Source of the DNA: Syntrophorhabdaceae bacterium
Lineage (GTDB): Bacteria > Desulfobacterota > Syntrophorhabdia > Syntrophorhabdales > Syntrophorhabdaceae
NCBI GenBank assembly: GCA_963665295.1
Contig: OY762209.1
Location: 416,001 to 480,000, forward strand
DNA length: 64,000 nucleotides
Reading direction: 5' to 3'
The notes below the pieces were generated by a model, which saw nothing but the letters and a program-made list of their open reading frames with translations, made no database searches and was not told the DNA's origin. A program made the position numbers and the translations under genes. Positions 21,422 through 30,926 of this stretch are shown here, one piece after another. Position 1 is the first letter of the stretch, and each line of letters begins with the position of its first letter.

Positions 21422-21478
21422 ACTATATCACACACAACCGGGGAATAGAACAATGAAAGAGTGGCATACGGCAAAGGA
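21422..21478 (+). repeat. 57-bp direct repeat C, copy 1 (copy 2 at 22009-22065)
   Basis: 54/57 identical; transposase RBS and first 8 codons; minus-strand TGnTATAGT extended -10. Confidence 0.9.
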
Positions 21479-21523
21479 TCAGCACGAACTCAAAGAACTC
21501 GAAAAAGCACTACTGGAGGGAAA

Positions 21524-21742
21524 ATGAAGACGAAAAAGACCACAATCTCGATGAGCGGCCACGAAATGGAGAAGGTAAGGAAGGCGTTACGCAAGGTCGA
21601 TCAGGACATTTTTGAATTATGTCTTCAGACGTGGGGCGACAAACCCACAAACAGAACGGCTGATATAGACCTCAATAAACTATTTCAACCCTTAGTCCGA
21701 ACTTTGGAGAAATACACAGACTTAGTTGAGGTCCAGCGGTGA
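21524..21742 (+). CDS. Hypothetical protein
   Basis: Starts inside repeat B copy 2 with GGAGG RBS and ATGA overlap. Confidence 0.5.
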   Translation: MKTKKTTISMSGHEMEKVRKALRKVDQDIFELCLQTWGDKPTNRTADIDLNKLFQPLVRTLEKYTDLVEVQR

Positions 21743-21981
21743 AACATCTTGTTTATTGTACTCATGGCCTCATTAAAATAGGTGACGTACCATTCGGACT
21801 TGGTAGCTCCTATTTTCCACGAGAAAAGGGCACCGCAGTGGCGGCAAGACTCGTCGGCGTTGGTGAGATAAAGGCTCCCGGGTTTGAGATTTATGGTGCG
21901 GTCGCATACGGGACACTTGGTCTTGACGGTCAATCGGAATTCCCACGAAAAAGCAGCTTCACGAGTCAGTTTCTCGGCCAT
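21685..21981 (-). CDS. Antisense Zn-ribbon protein, cassette 3
   Basis: CPVC...CRHC, 98 aa; AAGGAG RBS. Confidence 0.7.
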   Translation of the reverse strand: MAEKLTREAAFSWEFRLTVKTKCPVCDRTINLKPGSLYLTNADESCRHCGALFSWKIGATKSEWYVTYFNEAMSTINKMFHRWTSTKSVYFSKVRTKG

Positions 21982-22039
21982 GATTATTCTCCTTGCGCCT
22001 TTCCTTCAACTATATCACACACAATCGGGGAATAGAACC

Positions 22040-24283
22040 ATGAAAGAGTGGCACACGGCAAAGGAAATCGCGGGGATCAACAGCACGCTCGGCATTGAGC
22101 CGGGGACGCCACGGGGAGTTACAAAAAAGGCCCTCTCGGAGCAGTGGTCACCGTCCCGGCCCCGCGCCGGTAGAGGGGGTGGCCGTGAATACCACGTAAA
22201 CGCCCTCCCCGAAGAGACCCGCGTGGCGATCCTCACGGCCGCGATCCCCGAGACGGCCCCCGCCGACTCGTCCGCTCCCCCTGACTCTGAAGCCGTCCTT
22301 GAAGCCTACGCGTCAACCCGCCGGATCACCCTTTCACCCGCCCAGCTTGCCGACCCCGTGATCCAGGCCAAGCTTGCCGTGGCCCGCGCGATAGACGCAT
22401 GTCCCGCGTACATGGGCCGGGAAAAGCTCATAGCCACCCTCGCCGCCAGATACGGCAAATCACCCATGACCATCAGGAGATGGCGAGACGACATCGAGGC
22501 CATGGAAACCAAAACGACGCCCAGAATCACCCTGGGGGAGACGAAGATAGAGCTTCCCCGGTCGAACGCGTTCAGCGACGAAGCCATTGCATACGGCCTG
22601 TCCATATACGCGAAGAACATCCGGGCCGGGGTAAAAGCGGCATACCGGGCCATGGCGGCCCAGGCGGGCTCCCGGCAATGGACCATGGGGGACTATTCGA
22701 GCTTTACCCGGCTCGTCAAGCAGGTGCCCGAAATGGTGTGGATCTATATCCGCAAAGGGCCGACCGGCTTCGAGCTTCAATGCGTCCCCAAGATCATACA
22801 GAAATGGACCGCCGTACCCTGCCAGAGCGTGCTTTGCGGGGATCAGAAGGTCTTTGACTATGAGATATACGACGCGGCCTCATCCCGGATCATCATCCCC
22901 AACGGCTATTTCTGGATGGACTGTTCATCCAGGGCGATCGTCGGCGCGTGGGTCGAGATGGGGCATTACAACAGCTACACCGTGGGCAGCGCCCTCCGGG
23001 AGGCCATGAGGTACGGCATATCCGACGAGATATTCACCGACTGGGGCAAGCCGGAGACCTCAAAGCACCTCGCTCATATGCTCCGGTCCCTTTCCGGCAT
23101 TTCCGTGACGGGAGACTTCGTCGCCATGAACGAGAAATACGGCAACATGGACGAAGTGGAACACCGCAAAGCCCAACCAGGAAAGCCGTGGATGAAACCC
23201 ATTGAAAACGTGATGAATATCCTCGATACCCGCATGTCCGAGAGGTTCCTGGGCGGCTTCAGGAAGCGCAACAACGACGCGTGGGTCAACAAGGTCATAC
23301 AGGCGCGGCTCAAGAAAGACCGGAAAATCACCATGTCGTCAACGCGACCGGCGAGCGCCAGTGAGGCCCGGGGACTCATGAGCGTGGAGCAGTTCGTCCA
23401 GACCGTCTTTTCCGTGGTGCAGGAACACAACAAGTCGCAAAAACAACTCAAGGAAGGGGGCTCTATAATCCCCGAGGATTTTTTTACCGCGGGTATCACC
23501 CGGCAGCCGAAAAAGAAACTTGCGGATCGTACCCTTGATTACATTTTTATGCCCCACAAGGACGTCATGCCCCGGCAGAGCGTGGTCTACCTCCAGGCCC
23601 GCTCCGACGATTACCGGGGATACCGCTCCACGGCCCTCGCCACGATCAAGGAGAAGGTGCGGGTATCCTTCAACCCTTATGACCCCGACGCCGTGGCGGT
23701 AATCACGGACATCAAGTCCGGGGACATCATCGACATAGGCGAACCGTGGCACTCTCAGGACCGTAGCGACCGGGAAGGCACCTCGGCAAAGAGAAAACGT
23801 CAGGCGGAGATCATGCGCTGGGTCGCCGAGAACGCGCGGAGGGTAAAGGAAGCCTTTGACATCAAAATAGAAGACGCCCGGGAGCCGGGCGACGCTGCCC
23901 CCATAGAGGTGATAGGACCCGCCTCGGCGGTGGCCCAGGAAGCCCAAAAAGTGACGCGCCTCTATGAATTGAAAAGAGACAATGACCGCCTCATCGAGAA
24001 GGAACACACGAAGATGGGCCGGGATGGCGTTAAGGACCTCATAGCCGAGATGGAAGACCACGCGTTCCGCGTACCCAAGCAAAGCAAAGAGCGATACCGC
24101 CTGTGGTGCATGCTCGACCTGGACATGAAAAAGGGCGTTCTCCTTTCCGAGGAAGAGGAGGAATTCCACACGCACTACCAGAAAGACACGGAATGGAGGA
24201 TACACCGCGAGAACCATGAAGAATGGGGGACCGACTACATCGACATCAAAATCACGCCTGATGCCCTTCAGGTAGTCAAATAA
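22040..24283 (+). CDS. Mu-type DDE transposase (MuA-like)
   Basis: N-terminal Mu HTH (WHTAKEIAG...RAGRGGGREYHVNALP); candidate catalytic residues GDQ, TDWG, KPIE. Confidence 0.92.
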   Translation: MKEWHTAKEIAGINSTLGIEPGTPRGVTKKALSEQWSPSRPRAGRGGGREYHVNALPEETRVAILTAAIPETAPADSSAPPDSEAVLEAYASTRRITLSPAQLADPVIQAKLAVARAIDACPAYMGREKLIATLAARYGKSPMTIRRWRDDIEAMETKTTPRITLGETKIELPRSNAFSDEAIAYGLSIYAKNIRAGVKAAYRAMAAQAGSRQWTMGDYSSFTRLVKQVPEMVWIYIRKGPTGFELQCVPKIIQKWTAVPCQSVLCGDQKVFDYEIYDAASSRIIIPNGYFWMDCSSRAIVGAWVEMGHYNSYTVGSALREAMRYGISDEIFTDWGKPETSKHLAHMLRSLSGISVTGDFVAMNEKYGNMDEVEHRKAQPGKPWMKPIENVMNILDTRMSERFLGGFRKRNNDAWVNKVIQARLKKDRKITMSSTRPASASEARGLMSVEQFVQTVFSVVQEHNKSQKQLKEGGSIIPEDFFTAGITRQPKKKLADRTLDYIFMPHKDVMPRQSVVYLQARSDDYRGYRSTALATIKEKVRVSFNPYDPDAVAVITDIKSGDIIDIGEPWHSQDRSDREGTSAKRKRQAEIMRWVAENARRVKEAFDIKIEDAREPGDAAPIEVIGPASAVAQEAQKVTRLYELKRDNDRLIEKEHTKMGRDGVKDLIAEMEDHAFRVPKQSKERYRLWCMLDLDMKKGVLLSEEEEEFHTHYQKDTEWRIHRENHEEWGTDYIDIKITPDALQVVK

Positions 24284-24295
24284 AGGAGGTAGTAC

Positions 24296-25045
24296 ATGAC
24301 CGACCAGAAACCCAGCACCATAGCGCCGCTTCAGAGCGTGACGCTATGCAGGAAAGCCATGGAGATCATTGTCAACGCCCATGACAGGCTCGACCACATG
24401 ATCGGCTTTTGCGGCAAGACGGGCACGGGAAAGAGCGTCGCCGCGGGATACACGGCGAACAAATATGACGCCTATTACGTCGAATGCAGATGGACGTGGA
24501 CAAGAAAGGCGTTCCTCGTCAACCTGTGCAAGGCGATAGGCATAATCCCCGAAAAGACGATGTCCGAAATGGTGGACGAAATATGCGCGGCCCTCGTCGC
24601 ATCGGGGAAGCCCCTCATCATCGATGAAATGGACTATGTGGCGGACCACAAATCGGTGGAGATAGTCCGGGACATCTACGAGGGATCGGGGCACACGCCC
24701 ATCCTCCTCATAGGAGAAGAGGAACTCCCGAGAAAGCTCGCCTCCTGGAAGCAGTTCAACGGCAGGATTATCGACTGGATACACACCACTATGGGCTCGG
24801 CCGATGACGCGAAGGTCTTAAGCCGCATTTACTGCCGGAAAGGGGTGGTGATCCAGGACGACCTCCTTGAGGATATGACTGCCGCCGTGGACGGGCTTAT
24901 CCGCTACATGTGCAACAACCTCGTCCGGATCGAGGAAGAAACCCTTGCCATGGGCAAGCAGGAAGTGGACCTTTCCCTGTGGCGCAAATGGGGCAAGGGC
25001 TACCTCACCGGAGGGATGAGGATCACCCAGCGAGGCTCGCGATGA
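24296..25045 (+). CDS. Transposition AAA+ ATPase (MuB-like)
   Basis: GKTGTGKS Walker A, LIIDE Walker B; follows the transposase. Confidence 0.92.
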   Translation: MTDQKPSTIAPLQSVTLCRKAMEIIVNAHDRLDHMIGFCGKTGTGKSVAAGYTANKYDAYYVECRWTWTRKAFLVNLCKAIGIIPEKTMSEMVDEICAALVASGKPLIIDEMDYVADHKSVEIVRDIYEGSGHTPILLIGEEELPRKLASWKQFNGRIIDWIHTTMGSADDAKVLSRIYCRKGVVIQDDLLEDMTAAVDGLIRYMCNNLVRIEEETLAMGKQEVDLSLWRKWGKGYLTGGMRITQRGSR

Positions 25046-25650
25046 GGGAGCCCGTGGACACCACAAAGCCCATGGGTACCAGGGACGATCTATGGAAGCT
25101 GATCCGCGCCATGAAGACCTTCACCGTCCCGGAGCTTCGGGAAGCGGTACATATGGACGCGACCACCATCGACCTCTACGTGAGGAGCCTCGTGAAGGCA
25201 GGATACCTCGAAAGGATCGATATATCCGGGGGCGCGGCCAAGGAAATAGGAAGAACAAGATACAGGTACACGCTGCTGAAAGACGCCCTTGAGGCCCCGA
25301 GGATACGGAAGGACGGTTCCCCCGTCACCCAGGGGAGGGGGAGGCTCAATATGTGGCGGTCCATGAAAGTGCTCAAGCGCTTCGGCCTTGCCGACATCGT
25401 CGCATGCTCCTCGACGGAGGAACACCCGGTCGCGTGGGAAGAGGCCGAGACGTACCTTAGATACCTACTGAAAGCCGGGTACCTGAAACAATTGACCAAG
25501 ACATCGGTGGAAAAGGCCGTATATGCCCTGGTACGGTGGACCGGTCCCAAAGCGCCCATGATCCAGCGGATCAGGCAGGTGTGGGACCCCAACCTCAAAA
25601 AGGTGACATGGCGCACGGCCCAGGACGATATCAGGGGGGAAACACGGTGA
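25042..25650 (+). CDS. Tandem winged-HTH protein of Mu-like early region
   Basis: Two W-x-x-(I/M)-(R/K)...F...YxxxLxKAGYL units; TGPKAP. Confidence 0.75.
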   Translation: MREPVDTTKPMGTRDDLWKLIRAMKTFTVPELREAVHMDATTIDLYVRSLVKAGYLERIDISGGAAKEIGRTRYRYTLLKDALEAPRIRKDGSPVTQGRGRLNMWRSMKVLKRFGLADIVACSSTEEHPVAWEEAETYLRYLLKAGYLKQLTKTSVEKAVYALVRWTGPKAPMIQRIRQVWDPNLKKVTWRTAQDDIRGETR

Positions 25651-25988
25651 GCGCGGACCCGAGAATGGAATTGTTACAACAGATGGTTGAAACGCTCGGA
25701 TTACAGGAGGTGGCCGAGCAGATAGGAAAATCGAAATCCGCCTTGTGTCATGTGGTAAACGGCACATACCGGGGACGCCCGGACAGAATACTCCTCGCGG
25801 TGGAACAAAGGTACTCGCAACGGACCGTTGAATGTCCGGTCATGGGGGATATCACCCTCTCCAGGTGTGTGGAGGAAAGGAACCGCCCCTTCGCGGCGGT
25901 AAACCCCATAAGAGTGAGGCTCGCGAGGACATGCCCGAAGTGCGAGCGGGGAGCGGTGAAAAACGTAAGAGAGGAGAGGAAAATATGA
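25647..25988 (+). CDS. HTH protein with Cys-rich C-terminus
   Basis: VAEQIGKSKSALCHVVNGTY...VECPVMG...CPKC. Confidence 0.75.
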   Translation: MSADPRMELLQQMVETLGLQEVAEQIGKSKSALCHVVNGTYRGRPDRILLAVEQRYSQRTVECPVMGDITLSRCVEERNRPFAAVNPIRVRLARTCPKCERGAVKNVREERKI

Positions 25989-26227
25989 AAACACACGAAC
26001 CAAGCAACGTTGTAACGTGCGTCACGTGCGACCATCGGCCGGAATTTGATATATCGGAGACTTTAGAAGGCCTGAGAACCCACTTGACCGAGGTCCACCA
26101 CGTAACCTACCTAACGGGCACTAAAAAGATGGTCATGCATCGTGACGGCCAGGGTTTCTACGAAACGCTCTATGAGGGAGAGATACAGGGGATCAAGCTC
26201 GAACGCCGCGTGGCGGGGAGGAAATAG
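25985..26227 (+). CDS. Hypothetical protein
   Basis: GAGG RBS, ATGA overlap, CxxC...H...H. Confidence 0.55.
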   Translation: MKTHEPSNVVTCVTCDHRPEFDISETLEGLRTHLTEVHHVTYLTGTKKMVMHRDGQGFYETLYEGEIQGIKLERRVAGRK

Positions 26228-26229
26228 CG

Positions 26230-26727
26230 ATGCAGCATAGGCAGATGAACCAGATCATCAGGGATTCAAAGCCGCCCACCGAGCCTGTGGAAACGCCCTG
26301 GACAGGAGGCGAGGAGTTGAAATACTTCTGGGCGCTGGCGAACAATGTCTTCGGACGGGAACACGCATCCGCAAGGGTTTATGACATCATCGGGTACCGG
26401 TTCAAGAAGGCAAAACTGCACGAGATTTCCCGGAGCGACTTTCTCGACCTCCTCGTGGAGTTCCGGCTCGCGGCCTCGGGCGAGGGGGAACTGGAAAAAG
26501 TCCTCAAGAAGCTCGGCGAACAGGGCGGGAAAATAAGGTGGCTCCAGCGCCGCCTCGCGTGGACGGATTATCACCTCGTGAAATACATCCTCTGGCACGG
26601 AAAAAAGACGGACCGAAAGATTGACAACATCAACTGGCTCATAGGCTCGGACAAGGCGAGAGGGATCATCACGGGAATGTCAATCATCCTCAAAAACGGA
26701 GGGACGAAGAATGGCAGAACAAAATAA
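26230..26727 (+). CDS. GemA/DUF1018-like protein
   Basis: KIRWLQRRLAW...NWL...ARGIITGM C-terminal pattern; position. Confidence 0.5.
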   Translation: MQHRQMNQIIRDSKPPTEPVETPWTGGEELKYFWALANNVFGREHASARVYDIIGYRFKKAKLHEISRSDFLDLLVEFRLAASGEGELEKVLKKLGEQGGKIRWLQRRLAWTDYHLVKYILWHGKKTDRKIDNINWLIGSDKARGIITGMSIILKNGGTKNGRTK

Positions 26728-27001
26728 GGAGCGAAAGGATTTCGCGCGGATCGTGCGGGCGAGTAACGGCCAGCAGGTGTTGTTCTTCGTGGACAATGAC
26801 GCTGAGGAGGAATGCGACGTACTGCATCAAATCGCGCACTTCGACGGGTTTTCGGTGGATATGAAAATGCAAGCCACGGAAAAAGGAACCGAAAAAGGGT
26901 CGGCTTACAAATGGCTCGAAGAGGTAGATGTGAAATGGGCGGACGCCCTTATCCGCGAAGTGGAAACGATGATGGGCCTCCAGGCCGCATACACGAGGTA
27001 A
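26711..27001 (+). CDS. Hypothetical protein
   Basis: GGAGG RBS; in operon. Confidence 0.6.
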   Translation: MAEQNKERKDFARIVRASNGQQVLFFVDNDAEEECDVLHQIAHFDGFSVDMKMQATEKGTEKGSAYKWLEEVDVKWADALIREVETMMGLQAAYTR

Positions 27002-27343
27002 CCACGATGATGCGGCGGTGGATGGGGACGGAAAAGACAGTCGAGGGGCAGGTGCCGGGAAGCACGCGACAGGCGTGTGACGGCGAGCGCGATCCGGAGA
27101 TCAGCGGATACCTGAAGGTACAATGCAAGGCATTGGGGGCGCGGATCAGTGTTGAGGGTTGCATCAGGCAGGGAGTCAAAGAGCCCGCGAAGTGCGGCGG
27201 ATGCCGGGTTAACTGGTGAAAGGAGGATGGGTCATGAAGGTCTTGACGGTGCTGGCAATAATCCTGATTCTCCCGGCGGTCATCGCCGGGACTCTGGCCG
27301 CGTGCTGTGTGGGCGGGGAAAAGTGTTTTCGGAAGGGGGGAAT

Positions 27344-27490
27344 ATGAACGGGATAGAGATTTATGCATGGGGAGACCCACGGGAGAGGGAATGGAGACTC
27401 AGGACCATAGCCGCCGCGATCGTCGCGGCGTCGGTGGTCGGCGCGGCCCTGGGCTACGCCTGGGCGTGGATGCAGGGGGTGTGCGGGTGA
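27344..27490 (+). CDS. Small membrane protein
   Basis: One hydrophobic helix; G-rich RBS. Confidence 0.45.
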   Translation: MNGIEIYAWGDPREREWRLRTIAAAIVAASVVGAALGYAWAWMQGVCG

Positions 27491-27783
27491 GAGACGAGAC
27501 GCGGCGATGCCTGGAGGAGCGGTATTGCTCCGCCAAAGCATGCAACGACGGGAAATCCCCCCGATGCCGGTATTACCGGCCCGCCAAAAGATACAAGGCG
27601 TTCGGATGGGATGTTACGGTCCGGTTTGCAGACGGGCATGAGGAGATGTACCACTGGAGAGGCTGTACGGAGGCGGACGCCCGACGGAAGGGGCTCCTCA
27701 AGAGCCATGCGCGGGAAATAGTGAGGGTGGAAGCCCTTGACGAGGAAACATGGATCAGGGCCTACGGCATAGGCTCTATGTGA
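27487..27783 (+). CDS. Hypothetical protein
   Basis: GTGA overlap; in operon. Confidence 0.5.
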   Translation: MRDETRRCLEERYCSAKACNDGKSPRCRYYRPAKRYKAFGWDVTVRFADGHEEMYHWRGCTEADARRKGLLKSHAREIVRVEALDEETWIRAYGIGSM

Positions 27784-27794
27784 AAGGAGGAAAC

Positions 27795-28331
27795 ATGACG
27801 ACATTGACGGACATTGAAAAGGGAGCGAAAGAATACGCGGACTCACGGGACCGGTTGGGGGCTACGCTGAAAGACCTCAACGACAAGATCGAAAACCTTA
27901 AACGACAGTATCTGCCGGGGATCAAGCTCCAGGTGAGGATCGCCGCAGAGAAAAAATTGAGTCTCAAGAATATGATCGAGGCGGCGAGGAACCTGTTCAC
28001 AAAGCCCCGCACGGTCATTATCCACGGGGTCAAGGTGGGACTCAAGAAGTCAAAGGGTAAGATCGTGTGGCCCAAAGAAAAGACCGAAGCGATAGTCAAA
28101 CTCATTGAGAAGCACTTCCCCGACAAAGCGGACATCCTGGTCGTGACAACGAAGAAACCGGACAAAAAGGCCCTCGCCCGGCTCACCGCGGCGGACCTCA
28201 AAAAACTCGGCATCGAGGTAAATGACACGGGGGACGCGGCGGTGATCGAACCTACTGACTCGGACGTGGAGAAGTGGATGGATAGGCTGTTGAAAGAAAA
28301 AGAACAAGACGCGGAAGAGGAGGCTGCATAA
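27795..28331 (+). CDS. Gam-like host-nuclease inhibitor
   Basis: Coiled coil, then LFTKPRT...HGVKVGLKK...PDKKAL...LKKLGI; AAGGAGG RBS. Confidence 0.8.
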   Translation: MTTLTDIEKGAKEYADSRDRLGATLKDLNDKIENLKRQYLPGIKLQVRIAAEKKLSLKNMIEAARNLFTKPRTVIIHGVKVGLKKSKGKIVWPKEKTEAIVKLIEKHFPDKADILVVTTKKPDKKALARLTAADLKKLGIEVNDTGDAAVIEPTDSDVEKWMDRLLKEKEQDAEEEAA

Positions 28332-29242
28332 TGCCGCGCATTCAATACAGGGAAATCAATTTCGGGCCGGAGCGCATGGGCATTATCAAGAAGGTAAATG
28401 CCCTCATTGAGGATTACCGGGCGCAGGGGTATAACCTCACCCTCAGACAACTGTACTACCAGTTTGTTGCCCGCGCATGGATCGCGAACAAACAGCAGGA
28501 ATACAAGCGCCTCGGCGATATAGTCAACGACGGACGGGTAGCCGGGCTTATCGACTGGTATGCCATAGAAGACCGGACCCGCAATCTCAGCGGCAATTCT
28601 CACTGGAATGACCCGACGCAGATCATCGATGCGGCCGCGCGGTCCTTTCAGATCGACAAATGGACCAACCAGTTCTTCCGCATAGAAGTATGGGTCGAAA
28701 AGGACGCCTTGGAGGGTGTGGTAGGGCAAGCGGCCCGGGCCCTGGACATAAACTATTTTTCGTGCCGTGGCTATACCTCCCAAACTTCGATGTGGGATGC
28801 GGGGCAGCGGCTTAAAGGCTATGTGAGCCGGGGCCAAACGGTGGTTATCCTTCACCTGGGAGACCACGATCCGAGCGGAATAGACATGAGCCGGGACATC
28901 CAGGAAAGGTTAAGCCTCTTCATGGGAGACAAGTCCTGGGGTCTCAAATTCCAAAGAATAGCCCTTAACGAGGATCAGGTAAGAAAGTACAATCCCCCGC
29001 CAAACCCCGCGAAAGTGACGGATTCCCGTTATGAGGGCTATAGGGCGAAATACGGCGAGGAAAGCTGGGAGCTTGACGCGTTGGAGCCCAAGGTTATCAC
29101 GCGGCTCATTCAAAACGCGGTCCGAAACTACCGGGACGGGGATAAATACGCGGCAAAAGCGGAAGAGGAGCGGTCGCATCGGTCTCTCTTGACGACAGCC
29201 GCAAAACGATGGGGCGACGTGGCCGCCTATTTGACGAAGTAA
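28331..29242 (+). CDS. Topoisomerase VI-A/Spo11-like TOPRIM protein
   Basis: TLRQLYY winged helix, VWVEKDAL, RGY, GDHDPSG, WELDAL. Confidence 0.75.
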   Translation: MPRIQYREINFGPERMGIIKKVNALIEDYRAQGYNLTLRQLYYQFVARAWIANKQQEYKRLGDIVNDGRVAGLIDWYAIEDRTRNLSGNSHWNDPTQIIDAAARSFQIDKWTNQFFRIEVWVEKDALEGVVGQAARALDINYFSCRGYTSQTSMWDAGQRLKGYVSRGQTVVILHLGDHDPSGIDMSRDIQERLSLFMGDKSWGLKFQRIALNEDQVRKYNPPPNPAKVTDSRYEGYRAKYGEESWELDALEPKVITRLIQNAVRNYRDGDKYAAKAEEERSHRSLLTTAAKRWGDVAAYLTK

Positions 29243-29516
29243 AGGAGGAACCGGTGGCCGGGAAGAGAAAAAAGAACAAGAGTGCAAATGTTACGGCCGT
29301 GATTTACGACGGGCAAGAGGAAATCTACTATGACTGCATTAGCTCCGGCCGGTGCTCCTTTGCGCTGTTTCCCATCATGCCCCCTGCCGAGAGCGATGAA
29401 TGCACGTACAAAGGAGACGGAACATGCATGAGTCGGGACGCGCGAAGGGCGGCCCTGGAGGTTCTGCATAGCACTATCACGGCCCTGCTTAAAGAAAACG
29501 ACGAGGAGGATCAAGG

Positions 29517-29741
29517 ATGAGTGTACATGACGACGGCATAGGGCCTACCCATCAGGTTCCCAGCGGAAAACTTTACAAGGGGGATCAGGGCGGGCTGCAA
29601 TACGCGGTAGGCGCGGACCTTGCGAAAAACCGGGTGGTGGTGCAATTCGGGACGCCCGTTGCATGGCTGGGCCTCACAAAAGAACAGACAATCAGGCTCG
29701 CCCAGGGGCTTCTGGAAAAGGCGGGAGAACTCACGGATTAA
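29517..29741 (+). CDS. Hypothetical protein
   Basis: GGAGG RBS, ATGA overlap. Confidence 0.55.
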   Translation: MSVHDDGIGPTHQVPSGKLYKGDQGGLQYAVGADLAKNRVVVQFGTPVAWLGLTKEQTIRLAQGLLEKAGELTD

Positions 29742-29867
29742 AGGCCGAAACCATTTTCGCGGGATCGCGAAGATGGTCCGCCCGTCATGCGGGCGCTGAC
29801 GATGGCCGTCAGGGAATGGAATAGTTTTTGGAATAATTTTACCGCTATTTTACGCAAAGGAGGACGG

Positions 29868-30923
29868 ATGGACGGAGTATCAATGGGCAAGCTGGTTAAG
29901 GCGGGGTACAAGATTTACAGGATGAGGGAAGACGGACACGACGGCACCATTTACCAGATCAGGGAAAGGTCCACGGAAAAAGGAGAATGGGGGCTGTATG
30001 GCTCATATCCTACAAAAGCAGACCGGGAGTTGGCGTGGAAGGAACTTGCCCAGGACCCGATGAACATGATGGACGGCAGCGATGACAGGACGAGTGCAAG
30101 CGTGCCCGCCGTGGCGGTGCCGGGGACCGGGGGCATGGACGCGGCCGAGTTCGAGCGGAAAATGTGGGAGATGGAAAAAGAGCATGAATACAGGATTCTC
30201 CGGGATGTGTCCGCGTCCAAGGTCCGGGGCGCGGCCATGAGGGAAAACATGGAAAAGCTCCTCCGGGTCATGTTCCTGCGCGAGACGAAGGAGAAGCTCA
30301 AAGAGTCCGGCCAGTGGTCCCAGTGGTGCCTCGACACGGGCACGGATATCAAGAACGCGGACTATGAAATCGGGAAATTAGGAGACTTCAGAGACGACCT
30401 GCTCCTAAAGTTTTCCGAGTTTTGCGGATACGACATCAATAAAATCCGTTACTTGACAAACGGCAACTCCGAAAAATTAGGAGTCACCATCGAAAACGGG
30501 CAGTTAATGATCAAAGGTCAGGTGGTCCCCTGCACCCCCGAGGACGTGCAGTATGTGGTCAATTCCCTCCAGGAAGAGGCCCGGCGGGCAGAGGAAAAAG
30601 CAGCGAAGGAAAAGGAGACGGCGGACAAGGCCGCGGCCACAACGGAAAAGGAATTGAAGAAGGCGCAAAAGGAATTGAAGAGGATCAGGAGGGAAGCGGA
30701 AAAGCAAGGGGTATCCCCTGAAGAAATAGCGTTTGTCAAGCAGATGGAAGAGGTCCGGGACGGGTTTGACGCCTTGATCCAGCAAATTGACGACGCCGGA
30801 TTCGACGCGGGCACTGCGGCCACGCCACGGATGACCGCCACGGCTAGAACCGTGATCGATTACATGGTGCAGCGGCTTGAAAGCGTATGGGTGAGAGCGA
30901 AGCCTGCGGGTGAGGAGGCATAG
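29868..30923 (+). CDS. Coiled-coil protein, possibly with a DUF3102-like domain
   Basis: LRETKEKLKESGQWSQWC motif; AAGGAGG RBS. Confidence 0.55.
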   Translation: MDGVSMGKLVKAGYKIYRMREDGHDGTIYQIRERSTEKGEWGLYGSYPTKADRELAWKELAQDPMNMMDGSDDRTSASVPAVAVPGTGGMDAAEFERKMWEMEKEHEYRILRDVSASKVRGAAMRENMEKLLRVMFLRETKEKLKESGQWSQWCLDTGTDIKNADYEIGKLGDFRDDLLLKFSEFCGYDINKIRYLTNGNSEKLGVTIENGQLMIKGQVVPCTPEDVQYVVNSLQEEARRAEEKAAKEKETADKAAATTEKELKKAQKELKRIRREAEKQGVSPEEIAFVKQMEEVRDGFDALIQQIDDAGFDAGTAATPRMTATARTVIDYMVQRLESVWVRAKPAGEEA

Positions 30924-30926
30924 GAC

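Noticed and set aside
21884..22039. Upstream TTG start of the transposase
   Set aside because: The Mu HTH and RBS point to ATG 22040, and the duplicated repeat C marks the same start
19630..22065. Diversity-generating retroelement template/variable repeats
   Set aside because: No reverse transcriptase in the window; repeats are short, and mismatches are few and not adenine-specific
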